From contig JBDRPD010000053.1 in NCBI GenBank assembly GCA_043827405.1, forward strand, positions 32,001 through 96,000: 64,000 nt of DNA, written 5' to 3'. Below the pieces are notes generated by a model. It was not told the origin of the DNA. It made no database searches and saw only the letters and a program-made list of their open reading frames with translations. Shown piece by piece: positions 8,952 to 20,700 of the stretch; position 1 is the first letter of the stretch; every line of letters starts with the position of its first letter. The position numbers and the translations under genes were made by a program. Origin of the DNA: Elusimicrobiota bacterium (GTDB lineage Bacteria; Elusimicrobiota; Elusimicrobia; UBA1565).

Positions 8952-11830
8952 TGACGCGCGCGCTGGCCCTCGTTTTCCTGCTCGCGACGCCCGCCGCCGC
9001 TTCCCCCCTGCTCGCCACCTGGCGCGGCGGCGGCGGCGACACGCACGACGCCGTCTTCACCCCGGACGGGAGCAAGGTGCTGACGGCGTACGAGTTTCCC
9101 TTCCTGAAAATGTGGGACACGGCCAGCGGCGCGGAGCTCGCCGTCTGGAACGGCCACGCCGGACAGGTATTCGCCGTCGCCCTGACGCCGGATGGAAAGC
9201 GCGCCCTGTCCGGCAGCGAGGACGAGACGCTCAAGCTGTGGGACACCGCCAGCGGCCGGGTGCTCGCGACTTTGCGCGGACACCGCGACGAAATCAATTC
9301 GCTCGCCGTCGCTCCGGACGGCCGGACGGCCGCCAGCGTCTCCTACGACGGCACGATAATCTTCTGGGACCTCGAAAAACAAACGCGGCTCGCCGTCCTG
9401 GCGGAGGACTCGGGCGCCTTGTCCTGCGCCTTCTCGCCGGACGGCAAGCGGCTCATCACCGGCCATTGGGACAAGACCCTGCGGCTCTGGGACGTCGCGG
9501 CTCGCCGGCCGGCCGCGCGCTGGCGGGGCCACCGCAGCCAGGTCCTGGCCGCGGTCTTCTCGCCGGACGGCTCGCAGGTTCTGTCGGGAAGCCGCGACAA
9601 TACCGCGATACTGTGGGACGCGGCATCCGGCCGGCCGCTGTCCGTCTGGCGCGGACATGACAGCCACGTAAACACCGTCGCTTTTTCGCCGGACGGGCGC
9701 ACGGCGCTCACCGGCAGCTCCGATTATACGATCCGCAAGTGGGAGGTGGAAACCGGACGCGAGCTGGCGGTATGGCAGGGGCATCAAGGCGCGGTGTTCC
9801 AGGTCGCGTTCTCGCCCAACGGCGCCTTGGCCGTTTCCACCGGAGAGGACGACACCGTCCGGGTCTGGGACGCCGACGGTTCGGCGCGCGGCTCGGTCAA
9901 AGACCCGCCGCGGCCGCGGCCGGACAGTCCGGGCAAGGCTGGCGCCGCGGAGCTTGGGCGCGTACTCTTTTACGATACCCGGCTCACCGGCGACAACAGC
10001 CATAACTGCGCCTGGTGCCATGATCCGCGGCGCGCCTTCACCAACGGCAACGCGCTCTCTTTGGGCTATCCCGACACCCTGTACTTCCGCAACACGCCGA
10101 CGCTGATCAACGCCGCGGAGCTGCGCAGCTTCTACTGGGACGGCCGCGCTCGCGGCGACGGCCTTGCAGCGGTTCTGCGCGAGCATATCGAGACGCATTT
10201 CATGAACGCCGACGGCCGCCTGATCGCGGAGAAGATCCGCCAGGCGCCCGCCTACGAACAGGCCTTCCGTGAGGTGTACGGCGCGGCGCCCGATTACGCG
10301 AATATCACGGCCGCGCTCGCGGCCTTTATCCGCACCCTCAAGTCCGCCGCCGCTGCGCCGCCGCCGTCCCCCGCCGCCCGGCGCGGACAAGAGCTCTTCA
10401 GCGGCCAGGGCGGCTGCGCGCGCTGCCACAGCGGCCCGCTTTTCACCGACGAGAAATTCCATGACCGCCGCGTGCCGAAAAATCCCGAGCTGCTCTCCGA
10501 ACCCCTGCGCCGCGCTTCCCTGCGCCGCTTTTTCAAGGAGCTCGGTGTGCCGGACTTCGCGCGCCTGCGGGAGGACGTCGGACGCTATGCCGTTACCAAG
10601 GACCCGGGCGATCGCGGCCGCTTCCGGACGCCCTCCCTGCGGGAAGCGGCGCGCACGGCGCCCTATATGCACAACGGCATGTACAAGACGCTCGAGGAAG
10701 CCGTGGCGCATGAAAACTCCCGTCTCAGCGCGGCGGAGGTCGGCGACATCGCCGCGTTCCTGCGCTCGCTGTCGAGCCCGGCCGGCGAGTTCCCGCCGCC
10801 GCCGATTCCCGAGTACGAAGTGCGCGCCGAGCCGCCGCCCCGGCGCCGGCCGCTCGCGCCGCCGGCGGCGGGGACGTTCCCGCCCCTGGCGCCCCTCACG
10901 CCGGTCCCCATCCCCGGCGACAATCCGCCGACCCCGGAGAAGATCGAACTGGGCGCCCGGCTGTTTCATGACCCGCGCATATCCGGCAGCGGCGACATCC
11001 GCTGCGCCTCCTGCCACGAACCGGCGCTGGGCTGGGGCGACAACGGCGATCTGGCGCAGGGATTTTCCGGGACCCTGCACTGGCGCAATGCCCCGTCGCT
11101 CCTCAACGCCGCCCGCTACCGACGGCTCGGCTGGAACGCGACGGCCGCGGGGCTGGAAGAGCAGGTCCGCGAGATGCTCGCCTCGAACCTGACCATGAAC
11201 GGCGCTCCGGCGATGATTGAGGAAACCCTGACGCTTTCGCCCAGGTACACGCGGCTGTTCAAGCAGGCCTTCAACGTGGAGCGTCCGCACTTCCGCGGGG
11301 TTATCCTGGCGCTCTCTTCCTATCTGCGCACGGCGCCAGCGACGCGGGAAGCGCCGCTCGATGAATTCCTCAAAGGCGGCGCGGCAGCGCTATCCGCCGC
11401 GGCCGTCCGCGGCCGGGGCCTGTTCGCCGGCCAAGCCGGCTGTCTCCGCTGCCACAATGGACCGCTCGCCACGGATCAGGCGCTGCGGGCATCCGGCGTG
11501 CCGGAAAACCCCGCTTTCGACCGCATCCCGTTGCGCCAGGTGGCCCGGCGTTATCAGCGCGCGCTGCGCGGCCTCAGCGACGAAGACCGCGAGACTTTCC
11601 GCACCCCGAGCCTGCGGGGGCTGACACATACGGCGCCCTACATGCACAACGGCGTATTTAAAACGCTGCGCGAAGTCGTGGAGTACTACGACCGCGAGGC
11701 GCGGCTCGGGCTGTCGCCGCGCGACAAGCAGGACCTGATCGCTTTCCTGGAATCGCTCTCCGGCGCGGAGATCCCGGTCGAGCACCCTGGCGGAATCGGC
11801 CCGTATCATACTTTCCTGGAGGACCGCTGA
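8951..11830 (+). CDS. Secreted WD40 + tetrahaem double CCP fusion, copy 4 (divergent second module)
   Basis: TGATG overlap with ATG at 8951. Signal peptide, 7 WD40 repeats, CAWCH/CARCH/CASCH/CLRCH. Module 2 carries internal deletions. Confidence 0.9.
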   Translation: MTRALALVFLLATPAAASPLLATWRGGGGDTHDAVFTPDGSKVLTAYEFPFLKMWDTASGAELAVWNGHAGQVFAVALTPDGKRALSGSEDETLKLWDTASGRVLATLRGHRDEINSLAVAPDGRTAASVSYDGTIIFWDLEKQTRLAVLAEDSGALSCAFSPDGKRLITGHWDKTLRLWDVAARRPAARWRGHRSQVLAAVFSPDGSQVLSGSRDNTAILWDAASGRPLSVWRGHDSHVNTVAFSPDGRTALTGSSDYTIRKWEVETGRELAVWQGHQGAVFQVAFSPNGALAVSTGEDDTVRVWDADGSARGSVKDPPRPRPDSPGKAGAAELGRVLFYDTRLTGDNSHNCAWCHDPRRAFTNGNALSLGYPDTLYFRNTPTLINAAELRSFYWDGRARGDGLAAVLREHIETHFMNADGRLIAEKIRQAPAYEQAFREVYGAAPDYANITAALAAFIRTLKSAAAAPPPSPAARRGQELFSGQGGCARCHSGPLFTDEKFHDRRVPKNPELLSEPLRRASLRRFFKELGVPDFARLREDVGRYAVTKDPGDRGRFRTPSLREAARTAPYMHNGMYKTLEEAVAHENSRLSAAEVGDIAAFLRSLSSPAGEFPPPPIPEYEVRAEPPPRRRPLAPPAAGTFPPLAPLTPVPIPGDNPPTPEKIELGARLFHDPRISGSGDIRCASCHEPALGWGDNGDLAQGFSGTLHWRNAPSLLNAARYRRLGWNATAAGLEEQVREMLASNLTMNGAPAMIEETLTLSPRYTRLFKQAFNVERPHFRGVILALSSYLRTAPATREAPLDEFLKGGAAALSAAAVRGRGLFAGQAGCLRCHNGPLATDQALRASGVPENPAFDRIPLRQVARRYQRALRGLSDEDRETFRTPSLRGLTHTAPYMHNGVFKTLREVVEYYDREARLGLSPRDKQDLIAFLESLSGAEIPVEHPGGIGPYHTFLEDR

Positions 11831-11837
11831 AAACCGC

Positions 11838-14804
11838 ATGAGGCTCGCCATTCTTCTCTCTTGCCTGCTGCCGGGGACCGCGGCGTGGGGCGCTTTGCTC
11901 GCGACCTGGGAAGGTCACACCGATGAGGTGGCCAGCGTCGCCTTTACCCCCGACGGCGGCCGGGCGCTGTCGGCCGGCGGCGACCAGACCATCCGGCTGT
12001 GGGATGTTGCGGCCGGCCGTACGCTCGCCGTCTGGCGCGGACATGCGGCGGACATCGGCGCCGTCGCGGTGACGCCGGACGGCAAGCGCGCGATCTCGGG
12101 CAGCGAGGACTCCGCGCTCAAGCTCTGGGATATCGCCTCGGGCCGCGAACTCGACGAGATCAAGGAGCATGGGCTGGAGCTGCGCACCGTTGTGCTGTCG
12201 CCGGACGGCCGGACCGCGGCGCTCATCTCCCTCGACGGCGAGCTCAAGCTGTGGGATATCGAGAAGCGCCGCGAGCTCATCGCGCTCAACGGCGGGAAGA
12301 CCGTGCGCGCGTTGTGCGCCGCCTTTTCTCCGGACGGACGGCGGCTGCTCACCGGGCAGTGGGACTACCATATCCGCCTATGGGATGTGCGCTCGGGAAC
12401 GGAGCTGGCGCTCTGGCAGGGACACGACAACCCGGTATTCGCTCTGGCGTTCATGCCGGACGGGACCCGCGCCGTATCCGGCAGCCGGGACAATACGCTG
12501 CGGCTGTGGGACGCCGGCAGCGGACAGACGCTTGCCGTCTTCAAGGGGCACCGCAGCCACGTCCACGCCGTCGCCGTCTCGCCGGACGGGAAGACCGTGC
12601 TTTCCGGCGGGCGGGACCGCGTGCTGAGAAAGTGGGATGCGGCGACGGGCCGCGAGCTGGCCGCCTGGCGCGGACACCGCAGCACCATCCGCGCCATCGC
12701 CGTCTCGCCGGACGGCCGCCGCGCGATTTCGGGCGGCGAGGACAAAACCGTCCGGCTGTGGGCGCTGGATGCGGATCCGGACGCCGGGCGAACGCCGGAG
12801 GCCCCGCGCTCCTTCAAGCTCCGGCTGAACTCCGAAGCGGACGCCCAAGCCGAACTCGGCCGGCTGCTGTTCTTCGACGAACGGCTCTCGGGCGACAACA
12901 CCCTCAGCTGCGCCGCCTGCCACATCCCCGAACGCGCCTTCGCCGACGGCGAGGCGCTGGCCGAAGGCTACACCGAGACGCTGTACTTTCGCAACACCCC
13001 CTCGCTCTTTAATATGGAAGGGCAGGCCCAGCTGTACTGGGACGGCCGCTTCGCGGCCGGAGACCTGCCCTCGCTGATGCGCGATCACATCTCGGAAGCC
13101 CACTTCATGAACGCGGACGGCCGGCTCATCGTAGAGAAGCTGCGCCAGGCGCCCGGCTACATCGACGCCTTCCAGCAGGTGTACGGCGGCGAACCCTCCT
13201 ACAGCCGGATCCTCGAGGCGCTATCCGCCTTCGTCCGCACGCTGAAATCCGCCGCGGCGCCCTACGACCGGGACGAGCTTTCGCCCGCCGCCCGGCGCGG
13301 ACGCGAGCTCTTCAACGGCAAGGGCGGCTGTGCGCAATGCCACAGCGGACCGCTCTTTACCGACGGGAAATTCCACGATCGCGGCGTCCCGGAGAATCCC
13401 GACATCTTTTCCCACCCCATGCGGCATATCACCTTCCGCCGCTTCTTCAAGGTCTTCGGCATCGAGAACTACCCGCAGCTGCGCCGGGACCTGGGCCTCT
13501 TCGCCGTAACAAAAGCGCCCCGGGACCGCGGGAAGTTCAAGACGCCGCCGCTGCGCGAGGTCGCACGTACCGCTCCCTACATGCACAACGGCATGCTCAA
13601 GACGCTCGATGACGCCGTAGCGCATGAGAATCCCGAGCTGTCGCGCGGGGAGCGGCGAGACATCGTCGAGTTCCTTAAGGCCCTCACCAGCGACACCGGG
13701 GCGGTCGCGGTTCCCATTCTCCCTGATTACGCCGTACGCAGCCGGACCCGGCCGCCGCCGCCGACCACCTACGCTCCGCGCCCGGAAAAGAAATCGTTTC
13801 CCCCGCTCGCCCCGCTGCCCCCCGTCCCCGTCCCCGCGGACAACCCCCTGACGCCGGATAAAGTCAAGCTGGGGACCCTGCTCTTTTTCGAAGCCGACGT
13901 CTCGGGAGACGGCGACACCTACTGCGGCTCCTGCCACGTCCCGCCGATGGGCTGGGGCGACAACAGCGACGTCGCCCAGGGCTATGCCGGCACGCTGCAC
14001 TGGCGCAATACGCAGACCCTGCTCAACGCCGCCTACTACAGCAAGCTGGAATGGAACGGCGCCTGGCCGAGCCTGGAGGAGCAGGCCCGCGGCGCCATCA
14101 CCTCCAACATCAACGGCAACGGCGACCCGCTGATGATCGAGGAGCGCCTGGCCCAGTCGCCGCTGTACGTCGCCTTGTTCAAAAAGGTATTCGGCGTGGA
14201 CCGCCCCCACTTCGAGGGAGTGCTTAAGGCGCTGGCCGCCTTCCAGCGCGCGATCCCGATCTCGCGCAATGTCCCGTTCGACAATTACCTCAAAGGCGAC
14301 CGGGAAGCCCTCTCCGCCGCGGCCCGGCGCGGACGCGAGCTGTTCGAGGGACGGGCCGGCTGCATCCAATGCCATAACGGCCCGCTCGCCTCGGACCAGG
14401 ACTTCCACGCCACCGGCGTGCCCCGCAACCCCGTATTCGACGAGGTCCCCCTGCGCCAGGTCACCTTGCGCTACCAGTACGTCATCCACGGCGCTCCCGA
14501 GGAAGTCTACCGGAGCGCCGACTCGGACCCGGGCCTGTACTTGACGACGCACAAGGATGAAGATAGCGGCAAGTTCCGGACGCCGAGCCTGCGCGAGCTG
14601 AAATATACCGCTCCCTACATGCATAACGGAGTATTCGCGACGCTGCGGGAGGTCGTGGCGTTCTATAATGAAGGCGGCGGGGAGACTCCCAACAAGAGCC
14701 CGCTGCTCAAACCCCTGCGGCTGAAACCTGATGAAATGGAGGACCTGACCGCCTTTCTCGAAGCGCTCTCCGGCGACAAGATCGCGGTCCGGCCGTACGA
14801 ATGA
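11838..14804 (+). CDS. Secreted WD40 + tetrahaem double CCP fusion, copy 5
   Basis: Starts 7 nt after copy 4. Signal peptide, 7 WD40 repeats, CAACH/CAQCH/CGSCH/CIQCH. Confidence 0.92.
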   Translation: MRLAILLSCLLPGTAAWGALLATWEGHTDEVASVAFTPDGGRALSAGGDQTIRLWDVAAGRTLAVWRGHAADIGAVAVTPDGKRAISGSEDSALKLWDIASGRELDEIKEHGLELRTVVLSPDGRTAALISLDGELKLWDIEKRRELIALNGGKTVRALCAAFSPDGRRLLTGQWDYHIRLWDVRSGTELALWQGHDNPVFALAFMPDGTRAVSGSRDNTLRLWDAGSGQTLAVFKGHRSHVHAVAVSPDGKTVLSGGRDRVLRKWDAATGRELAAWRGHRSTIRAIAVSPDGRRAISGGEDKTVRLWALDADPDAGRTPEAPRSFKLRLNSEADAQAELGRLLFFDERLSGDNTLSCAACHIPERAFADGEALAEGYTETLYFRNTPSLFNMEGQAQLYWDGRFAAGDLPSLMRDHISEAHFMNADGRLIVEKLRQAPGYIDAFQQVYGGEPSYSRILEALSAFVRTLKSAAAPYDRDELSPAARRGRELFNGKGGCAQCHSGPLFTDGKFHDRGVPENPDIFSHPMRHITFRRFFKVFGIENYPQLRRDLGLFAVTKAPRDRGKFKTPPLREVARTAPYMHNGMLKTLDDAVAHENPELSRGERRDIVEFLKALTSDTGAVAVPILPDYAVRSRTRPPPPTTYAPRPEKKSFPPLAPLPPVPVPADNPLTPDKVKLGTLLFFEADVSGDGDTYCGSCHVPPMGWGDNSDVAQGYAGTLHWRNTQTLLNAAYYSKLEWNGAWPSLEEQARGAITSNINGNGDPLMIEERLAQSPLYVALFKKVFGVDRPHFEGVLKALAAFQRAIPISRNVPFDNYLKGDREALSAAARRGRELFEGRAGCIQCHNGPLASDQDFHATGVPRNPVFDEVPLRQVTLRYQYVIHGAPEEVYRSADSDPGLYLTTHKDEDSGKFRTPSLRELKYTAPYMHNGVFATLREVVAFYNEGGGETPNKSPLLKPLRLKPDEMEDLTAFLEALSGDKIAVRPYE

Positions 14805-17782
14805 TGAGGCGCGCGCTGATTTCCGCCTTATGCGGCCTGCTCGCCGTCCCCGCGGCGGCGGGCGACGACCCGCTCGCTACCCTCCGGGGCCACACCGCCG
14901 AGGTCGGCGCCGTAATATTCCTGCCGGACGGCAAGCGCATCCTCTCGGCGAGCGATGACCATACCCTCAAGGTTTGGGACGCGGCCGACGGCCATGAACT
15001 GGCCGCCTGGAGCGGACATACGGCCGAGGTCGGCGCCGCGGCGGCCGCGCCGGACGGCGGCCGCGTTGTTTCGGGCAGCGAGGACCGGACGCTGCGCATC
15101 TGGGACGCGAAGACCGGAAAAGAGATCGCCGTACTGAAGGGGAGCGGCGGCCAATACCGCGTCGTTGAGCTGTCCGCCGACGGGCGCACCGCCGCCGCGC
15201 TCACCTACGACGGAGAAATCGAGCTTTGGGACCTGCCCACCCGCACCCGCCGCTCGCTCCTCGACCGGAAGATCCCGCATACCATGGACATCGCTTATTC
15301 GCCGCGGGAGGACAAGCTTGTCACGGCCAACTGGGACAATGCCCTGCGCCTATGGGACCTGAGCTCGGGCAAGCTTATCGCCCGCTGCGCCGGCCATAAA
15401 AACGTCGTGCTCACCGCCGCCTTCTCGCCCGACGGCAGCAAGGTCCTATCGGCCGGCCGCGACAATACCCTCCGCCTCTGGGACGCAACCGACTGCCGCC
15501 CGCTGGCCGTCTGGAAAGGACATGACAGCTACGTCTATGCCGCCGCCTTCGCGCCGGACGGCCGCACCGCGGTTTCCGGCGGCGCGGACTACACCGTACG
15601 CCGGTGGGATACGGCGACCGGCCGCGAACTCGCCGTCTGGCGCGGACACCAGGGCGACATCCGCGCGGTCGCCTTCTCGCCGGACGGGACCTTGGTCGTC
15701 TCGGCCAGCGACGACCGCACGCTCAAACTGTGGCGTGCGTCGCCCGGCCCGGCTTTCGTGCAAACGCCCGCCGCCGCGGCTCCCCCCGCCGCCGCCCGCC
15801 CCCATGATGCCGAGGCGGCGCTCGGCAGGATGCTGTTCTTTGACCGCCGGCTCTCGGGAGATAATACGGTCGACTGCGCCGTCTGCCACATTCCCGACCG
15901 GGCCTACGCGGACGGACTGGCGCTCTCGATCGGCTACCCCGACACCCTCTACTTCCGCAACACCCCGACTTTGCTCAATACCGCGGCGCAAAAGTATCTC
16001 TACTGGGACGGCCGCTTCACCGGCGGCGATCTCCCGTCGCTCATTCGCGACCATATCGCCGAGGCGCACTTCATGAACGCCGACGGACGGCTGGTGGTCG
16101 AAAAGCTGCGGCAGGCGCCGGGCTATATCGCGGCTTTCCGCGAGGTCTATGGAGACGAACCCACCTACGGCGGAGTATTGAACGCCTTGGCGGAATTTGT
16201 CCGCACCCTCAAATCCGGCCCGGCGCCGCAGGCGCTCGCGGGCGCCGCCAAGCGGGGCCGCGAATTATTTGCCGGCGCAGGCGGCTGCGCCGGGTGTCAC
16301 AGCGGGCCGCTCTTCACCGACGGCGAATTCCACGACCGCGATGTTCCCGAGCACCCCGGCATCTTCGCGCAACCGCTGCGCCGCATCTCCTTCCGGCGCT
16401 TCTTCAAGCTCGCGGGCGTCAAGGACTATCAAAACCTCAAGCGGGATCTCGGGCTATACGCGGTTACCAAACGCGAAGGCGATCGCGGCAAGTTCAGAAC
16501 GCCGAGCCTGCGCGAAGCCGGCCGCACCGCCCCGTACATGCACAACGGCATGCTAAAGACGCTGGCGGACGCGGTACGGCATATGAATCCGCGGCTCAGC
16601 CGGCGGCAGGTCCGCGACCTGACGGCGTTTATCAAGACCTTAAGCAGCGAGACGGTAATCCACCAGGCGCCGGCGCTTCCTGGTTATGCCGTTCGCGTGC
16701 GGGAGAAGCGGACGCCGCCGAGCGCGCGGCCCGCCGGCGCGACGGCTCCCGCGCCGGATTACCCGCCGCTCGCGCCCCTGCCGCCGGTCCCGGTCCCCGA
16801 AGACAATCCTCTCACCCCGGCAAAGATCGAGCTGGGCAAGATGCTCTTTTTCGACCCCCGCCTGTCGGGCAACGGCGAGACCTACTGCGGCTCCTGCCAC
16901 GAACCGCCGATGGGCTGGGACGACGACAGCGATCTCGCTCAAGGCTACGAAGGGACTTTGCACTGGCGCAACTCGCAGACGATCATTAACGCCGCCTACT
17001 ACAGCAAGCTCAATTGGGACGGCGACAAACCGAGCCTGGAAGAGCAGGCGCGCTCCGCCATCATGACCAATATCTCCGGCAACGGCGACCCCGCCATGAT
17101 CGAGGAGCGGCTGGCCGACTCGCCGCGCTACGTCGAGCTGTTCAAGAAAGCCTTCGGCGTGGAGCGGCCGTTCTTCGAAGGCGTGCTCAAGGCCATCGCC
17201 TCGTTTGAGCGCGCCGTACCCATCTCCCGCAATGTTCCGTTCGACCGGGGCGTCCTCTCCCCCGCCGCCCGCAGGGGCCAGGCGCTCTTCGAGAACAAAG
17301 CCGGCTGCATCCGCTGCCATAACGGGCCGCTCGCCTCGGACCAAGGCTTCCATGCCACCGGCGCGCCGCCCAATCCCGCCTTCGACCAAGTGGCCTTGCG
17401 GCAGGTGACGCTGCGCTACGAGCACGTGATCCGCGGGGTCCCCGAAAAGTTCTACCGCGACGCCGGCACGGACCCCGGCCTGTTCCTGACGACGCTGCGC
17501 GAAGAAGACAGCGGCAAATTCCGCACCCCGAGCCTGCGCGAGCTCAAGTACACCGCTCCCTACATGCATAACGGAACGCTGCCGACACTGGCGGACGTGC
17601 TGGATTTTTACGACCGGGGCGGCGGCGAGACGCCCAACAAGACCCCCCTGCTCAAGCCGCTGGGCCTGACGCCCGGCGAGAAGCGGGACTTGATCGCCTT
17701 TCTCGAATCCTTGAGCGGCGACGAAATTCTCATTGCGCTCCCCGTGACGCCCGGACACGACGACTCCCGGGGGTACCGATGA
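14801..17782 (+). CDS. Secreted WD40 + tetrahaem double CCP fusion, copy 6
   Basis: ATGA overlap. Signal peptide, WD40 repeats, CAVCH/CAGCH/CGSCH/CIRCH. Confidence 0.92.
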   Translation: MMRRALISALCGLLAVPAAAGDDPLATLRGHTAEVGAVIFLPDGKRILSASDDHTLKVWDAADGHELAAWSGHTAEVGAAAAAPDGGRVVSGSEDRTLRIWDAKTGKEIAVLKGSGGQYRVVELSADGRTAAALTYDGEIELWDLPTRTRRSLLDRKIPHTMDIAYSPREDKLVTANWDNALRLWDLSSGKLIARCAGHKNVVLTAAFSPDGSKVLSAGRDNTLRLWDATDCRPLAVWKGHDSYVYAAAFAPDGRTAVSGGADYTVRRWDTATGRELAVWRGHQGDIRAVAFSPDGTLVVSASDDRTLKLWRASPGPAFVQTPAAAAPPAAARPHDAEAALGRMLFFDRRLSGDNTVDCAVCHIPDRAYADGLALSIGYPDTLYFRNTPTLLNTAAQKYLYWDGRFTGGDLPSLIRDHIAEAHFMNADGRLVVEKLRQAPGYIAAFREVYGDEPTYGGVLNALAEFVRTLKSGPAPQALAGAAKRGRELFAGAGGCAGCHSGPLFTDGEFHDRDVPEHPGIFAQPLRRISFRRFFKLAGVKDYQNLKRDLGLYAVTKREGDRGKFRTPSLREAGRTAPYMHNGMLKTLADAVRHMNPRLSRRQVRDLTAFIKTLSSETVIHQAPALPGYAVRVREKRTPPSARPAGATAPAPDYPPLAPLPPVPVPEDNPLTPAKIELGKMLFFDPRLSGNGETYCGSCHEPPMGWDDDSDLAQGYEGTLHWRNSQTIINAAYYSKLNWDGDKPSLEEQARSAIMTNISGNGDPAMIEERLADSPRYVELFKKAFGVERPFFEGVLKAIASFERAVPISRNVPFDRGVLSPAARRGQALFENKAGCIRCHNGPLASDQGFHATGAPPNPAFDQVALRQVTLRYEHVIRGVPEKFYRDAGTDPGLFLTTLREEDSGKFRTPSLRELKYTAPYMHNGTLPTLADVLDFYDRGGGETPNKTPLLKPLGLTPGEKRDLIAFLESLSGDEILIALPVTPGHDDSRGYR

Positions 17783-20700
17783 AGGGAGCGCTGCTGGCCG
17801 TATGGCTTGCGGCCGCCGGGCCTGCCGGCGCCGTCGAAACGCGCCCGCTGGCGACCTGGAAGGGGCATACCGACCAGGTCTCCAACGCCGCCTTCACCGC
17901 GGACGGCGCCGGCGTCCTCTCCGCCAGCGACGATTACTCCCTGAAGCTCTGGGAGGTAAAAACGGGACGGGTAAAAAAGACGATCCGGGGCGAAAACGGA
18001 TATCAGTTCGGGCTCGTCTACTATTCGGGAGGTACGCGCTCGGCCGCGGTCAACGAAGCCCTGACCTTCAAGCTCTACGATGCGGCGGCCGGCAAGACCG
18101 TGGCCGTCTTCACCGGCTACGACAAGCTGCTCAACACCTTGGTCCTGTCGCCGGACGGACGGACGGCCGCGGCGACGGCCTGGGACGGCGAGCTCACGCT
18201 GTGGGACGCGGCGACGGGAAAAAAGACCGCGACCCTGCAGTCCGGGGACGCCGCGAGCGCCCTGGGCATCGCCTTCTCTCCGGACGGCAAAACTCTGCTC
18301 TCCGGCCACGGCGACCGCACCGTCCGGCTGTGGGACGCCGCCTCCGGAAAGCCGCAGGCCGTATGGCACGGCCACAAGCGCCACGTCCTCGCCGTTGCGT
18401 TCTCGCCGGACGGCAAGCACGCCCTATCGGGCGGCAAAGACAATACGCTCCGCTATTGGGACGCGGCGAGCGGCCGGACCCTGGCGGTATGGCGCGGACA
18501 TACCAGCTACGTCTATACCCTGGAGTTCTCGCCGGATGGGCGGCGGGCGCTTTCCGGCGGCTCCGACTTCACGGCCCGGCTGTGGGACACGGCCAGCGGC
18601 GAACTCCTGGACACGCTGCGCGGCCATCAGGGAGGAGTGCTCGATGTCGCATTTTCCCCGGACGGCACCCGCGCGGTTACCGCGAGCGAAGACCGCACGC
18701 TCAAGCTGTGGGACTTGACCGGAAAATCCGGCCCCGCGCCGGACGCGCCGGACGCGGTCTCCTATCTCCCCCCGCCGCCGGGCACCCCGGAAGAGCGCCT
18801 GGGCCGGCTGCTGTTTTTCGATCAGCGGCTGTCGGGAGACGAGTTTCGCGACTGCGCGTCCTGCCATATGCCGGAAAAGGCCTATAGCGACGGGAGCGAG
18901 CTCTCGCTGGGCTATCCCGATACCCTGTATTTCAGAAACACCCCCTCGCTGCTCAATCTCTCCGGCCAGAAGCACCTGTACTGGGACGGGCGCTTCCCGT
19001 CCGACGACCTGGCTTCGCTGATCAGGGATCATATCGCGGAAGCCCACTTCATGAACGCCGACGGCCGCCTCATCGTCGAGAAGCTGCGCCAAGCCCCCGG
19101 CTACCTGCAGGCCTTTCAGGAAGTCTACGGAACGGAACCTTCCTATGCGAAGATTCTGCAAGCGCTTACCGCCTTTGTCCGTTCGCTCAAATCCGGGGAG
19201 GCTCCGTTCGACCGTTTCCTCGCCGGCGATGCGCGCGCGCTGTCCCGCGCGGCGCGGCGCGGGCGGCAGCTGTTCAACGGCAAGGGCGGCTGCGCCGCAT
19301 GCCACAGCGGCCCCCTGCTCACGGACGGCGGCCTGCACAACCGCGGCGTGCCGGAAAATACGCGGATTCTGACCGAGCCGCCGCGCCGCGTATCGCTGCG
19401 CCGCTTCTACAAGCTCTTCGGCGTCAAGGACTACGCCGACTTGCGCGGCGACACCGGGCTCTACGCCGTGACGATGCGGCCGGAAGACCGCGGGAAGTTC
19501 AAAACTCCCAGCCTGCGGGAAGCCGCGCTGACGGCGCCCTATATGCATAACGGGATGATCGCGACGCTGGCAGAAGCGGCGGGTTTGATGAACCCCGGGC
19601 TGTCCCGGCGGGAACGCCGCGACCTCGCGGCATTCATGGAATCTCTCACCAGCGGCTCGCCGGCGTTCGCCTACAAACCGCCGCCGCTGCCGGAGTACGC
19701 GGTGCGCCCCGGAAAAGAGCATCCCCCTGCCGGCAAACCCGCCCCGGCGCCGGCCGCGTCGCGGCGCGAGTTTCCCCCGCTCGGGCCGCTCCCTCCGGTC
19801 CCGGTCCCGGACGATAATCCGCTCAGCGATGAAAAAGTGGAGCTCGGCCGGCTGCTGTTCTTCGATCCCCGCCTTTCCGGCGACGGCAGCACGTTCTGCG
19901 CCGCCTGCCATGAATCCGGCATGGGCTGGGGCGACGGCAGCGATCTCTCCCTGGGCTATCCCGGCATGCTGCACTGGCGCAACTCCCAGACGCTGCTGAA
20001 CGCCGCCTACTACTCGAAGCTCGAATGGGACGGCGCCTGGCCGAACCTGGAGGAACAGGCACGCGGCGCCATCACCTCCAACATCAACGGCAACGGAGAC
20101 CCGGAGGTGATCGAGGAGCGCCTCGCCGAATCGCCGGAATATATGCGGCTGTTCAAGCGGGCCTTCGGCGTTGAGCGGCCGAACTTCGAGAGCGTACTTA
20201 AGGCGCTGGCCTCCTTCCAGCGCGCGGTCCCGATTTCGCGCAATGTTCCGTTTGACCGCGACGACCTCTCCCCCGCCGCCCGCAAAGGCCGGGCGCTCTT
20301 TGAAGGCAAGGCCGGCTGCCTGCGCTGCCACAATGGGCCGCTGGCCTCCGATCAAGGGTTCCACGCCACCGGGGTGCCGCGCAATCCGGCCTTCGACCAT
20401 GTGGCGCTGCGCCAGGTGGCGCTGCGCTATCAGCACGTGACGCGCGGCGTCCCCGAGGAGGTGTACCGGAACGCGGACTCCGATCCGGGGCTCTACCTGA
20501 AGACGATGCGGGAAGAAGATATCGGCAAGTTCCGCACGGCGAGCCTGCGCGAGCTTAAGCACACCGCGCCCTACATGCACAACGGCACCTTGGCGACGCT
20601 CGCGGCGGTCGTGGACTTCTACGACCGGGGCGGCGGCGATACGCCCAACAAGACTCCCCTGCTCAAGCCGCTCCGGCTCACGCCGCAGGAGAAGCTCGAT

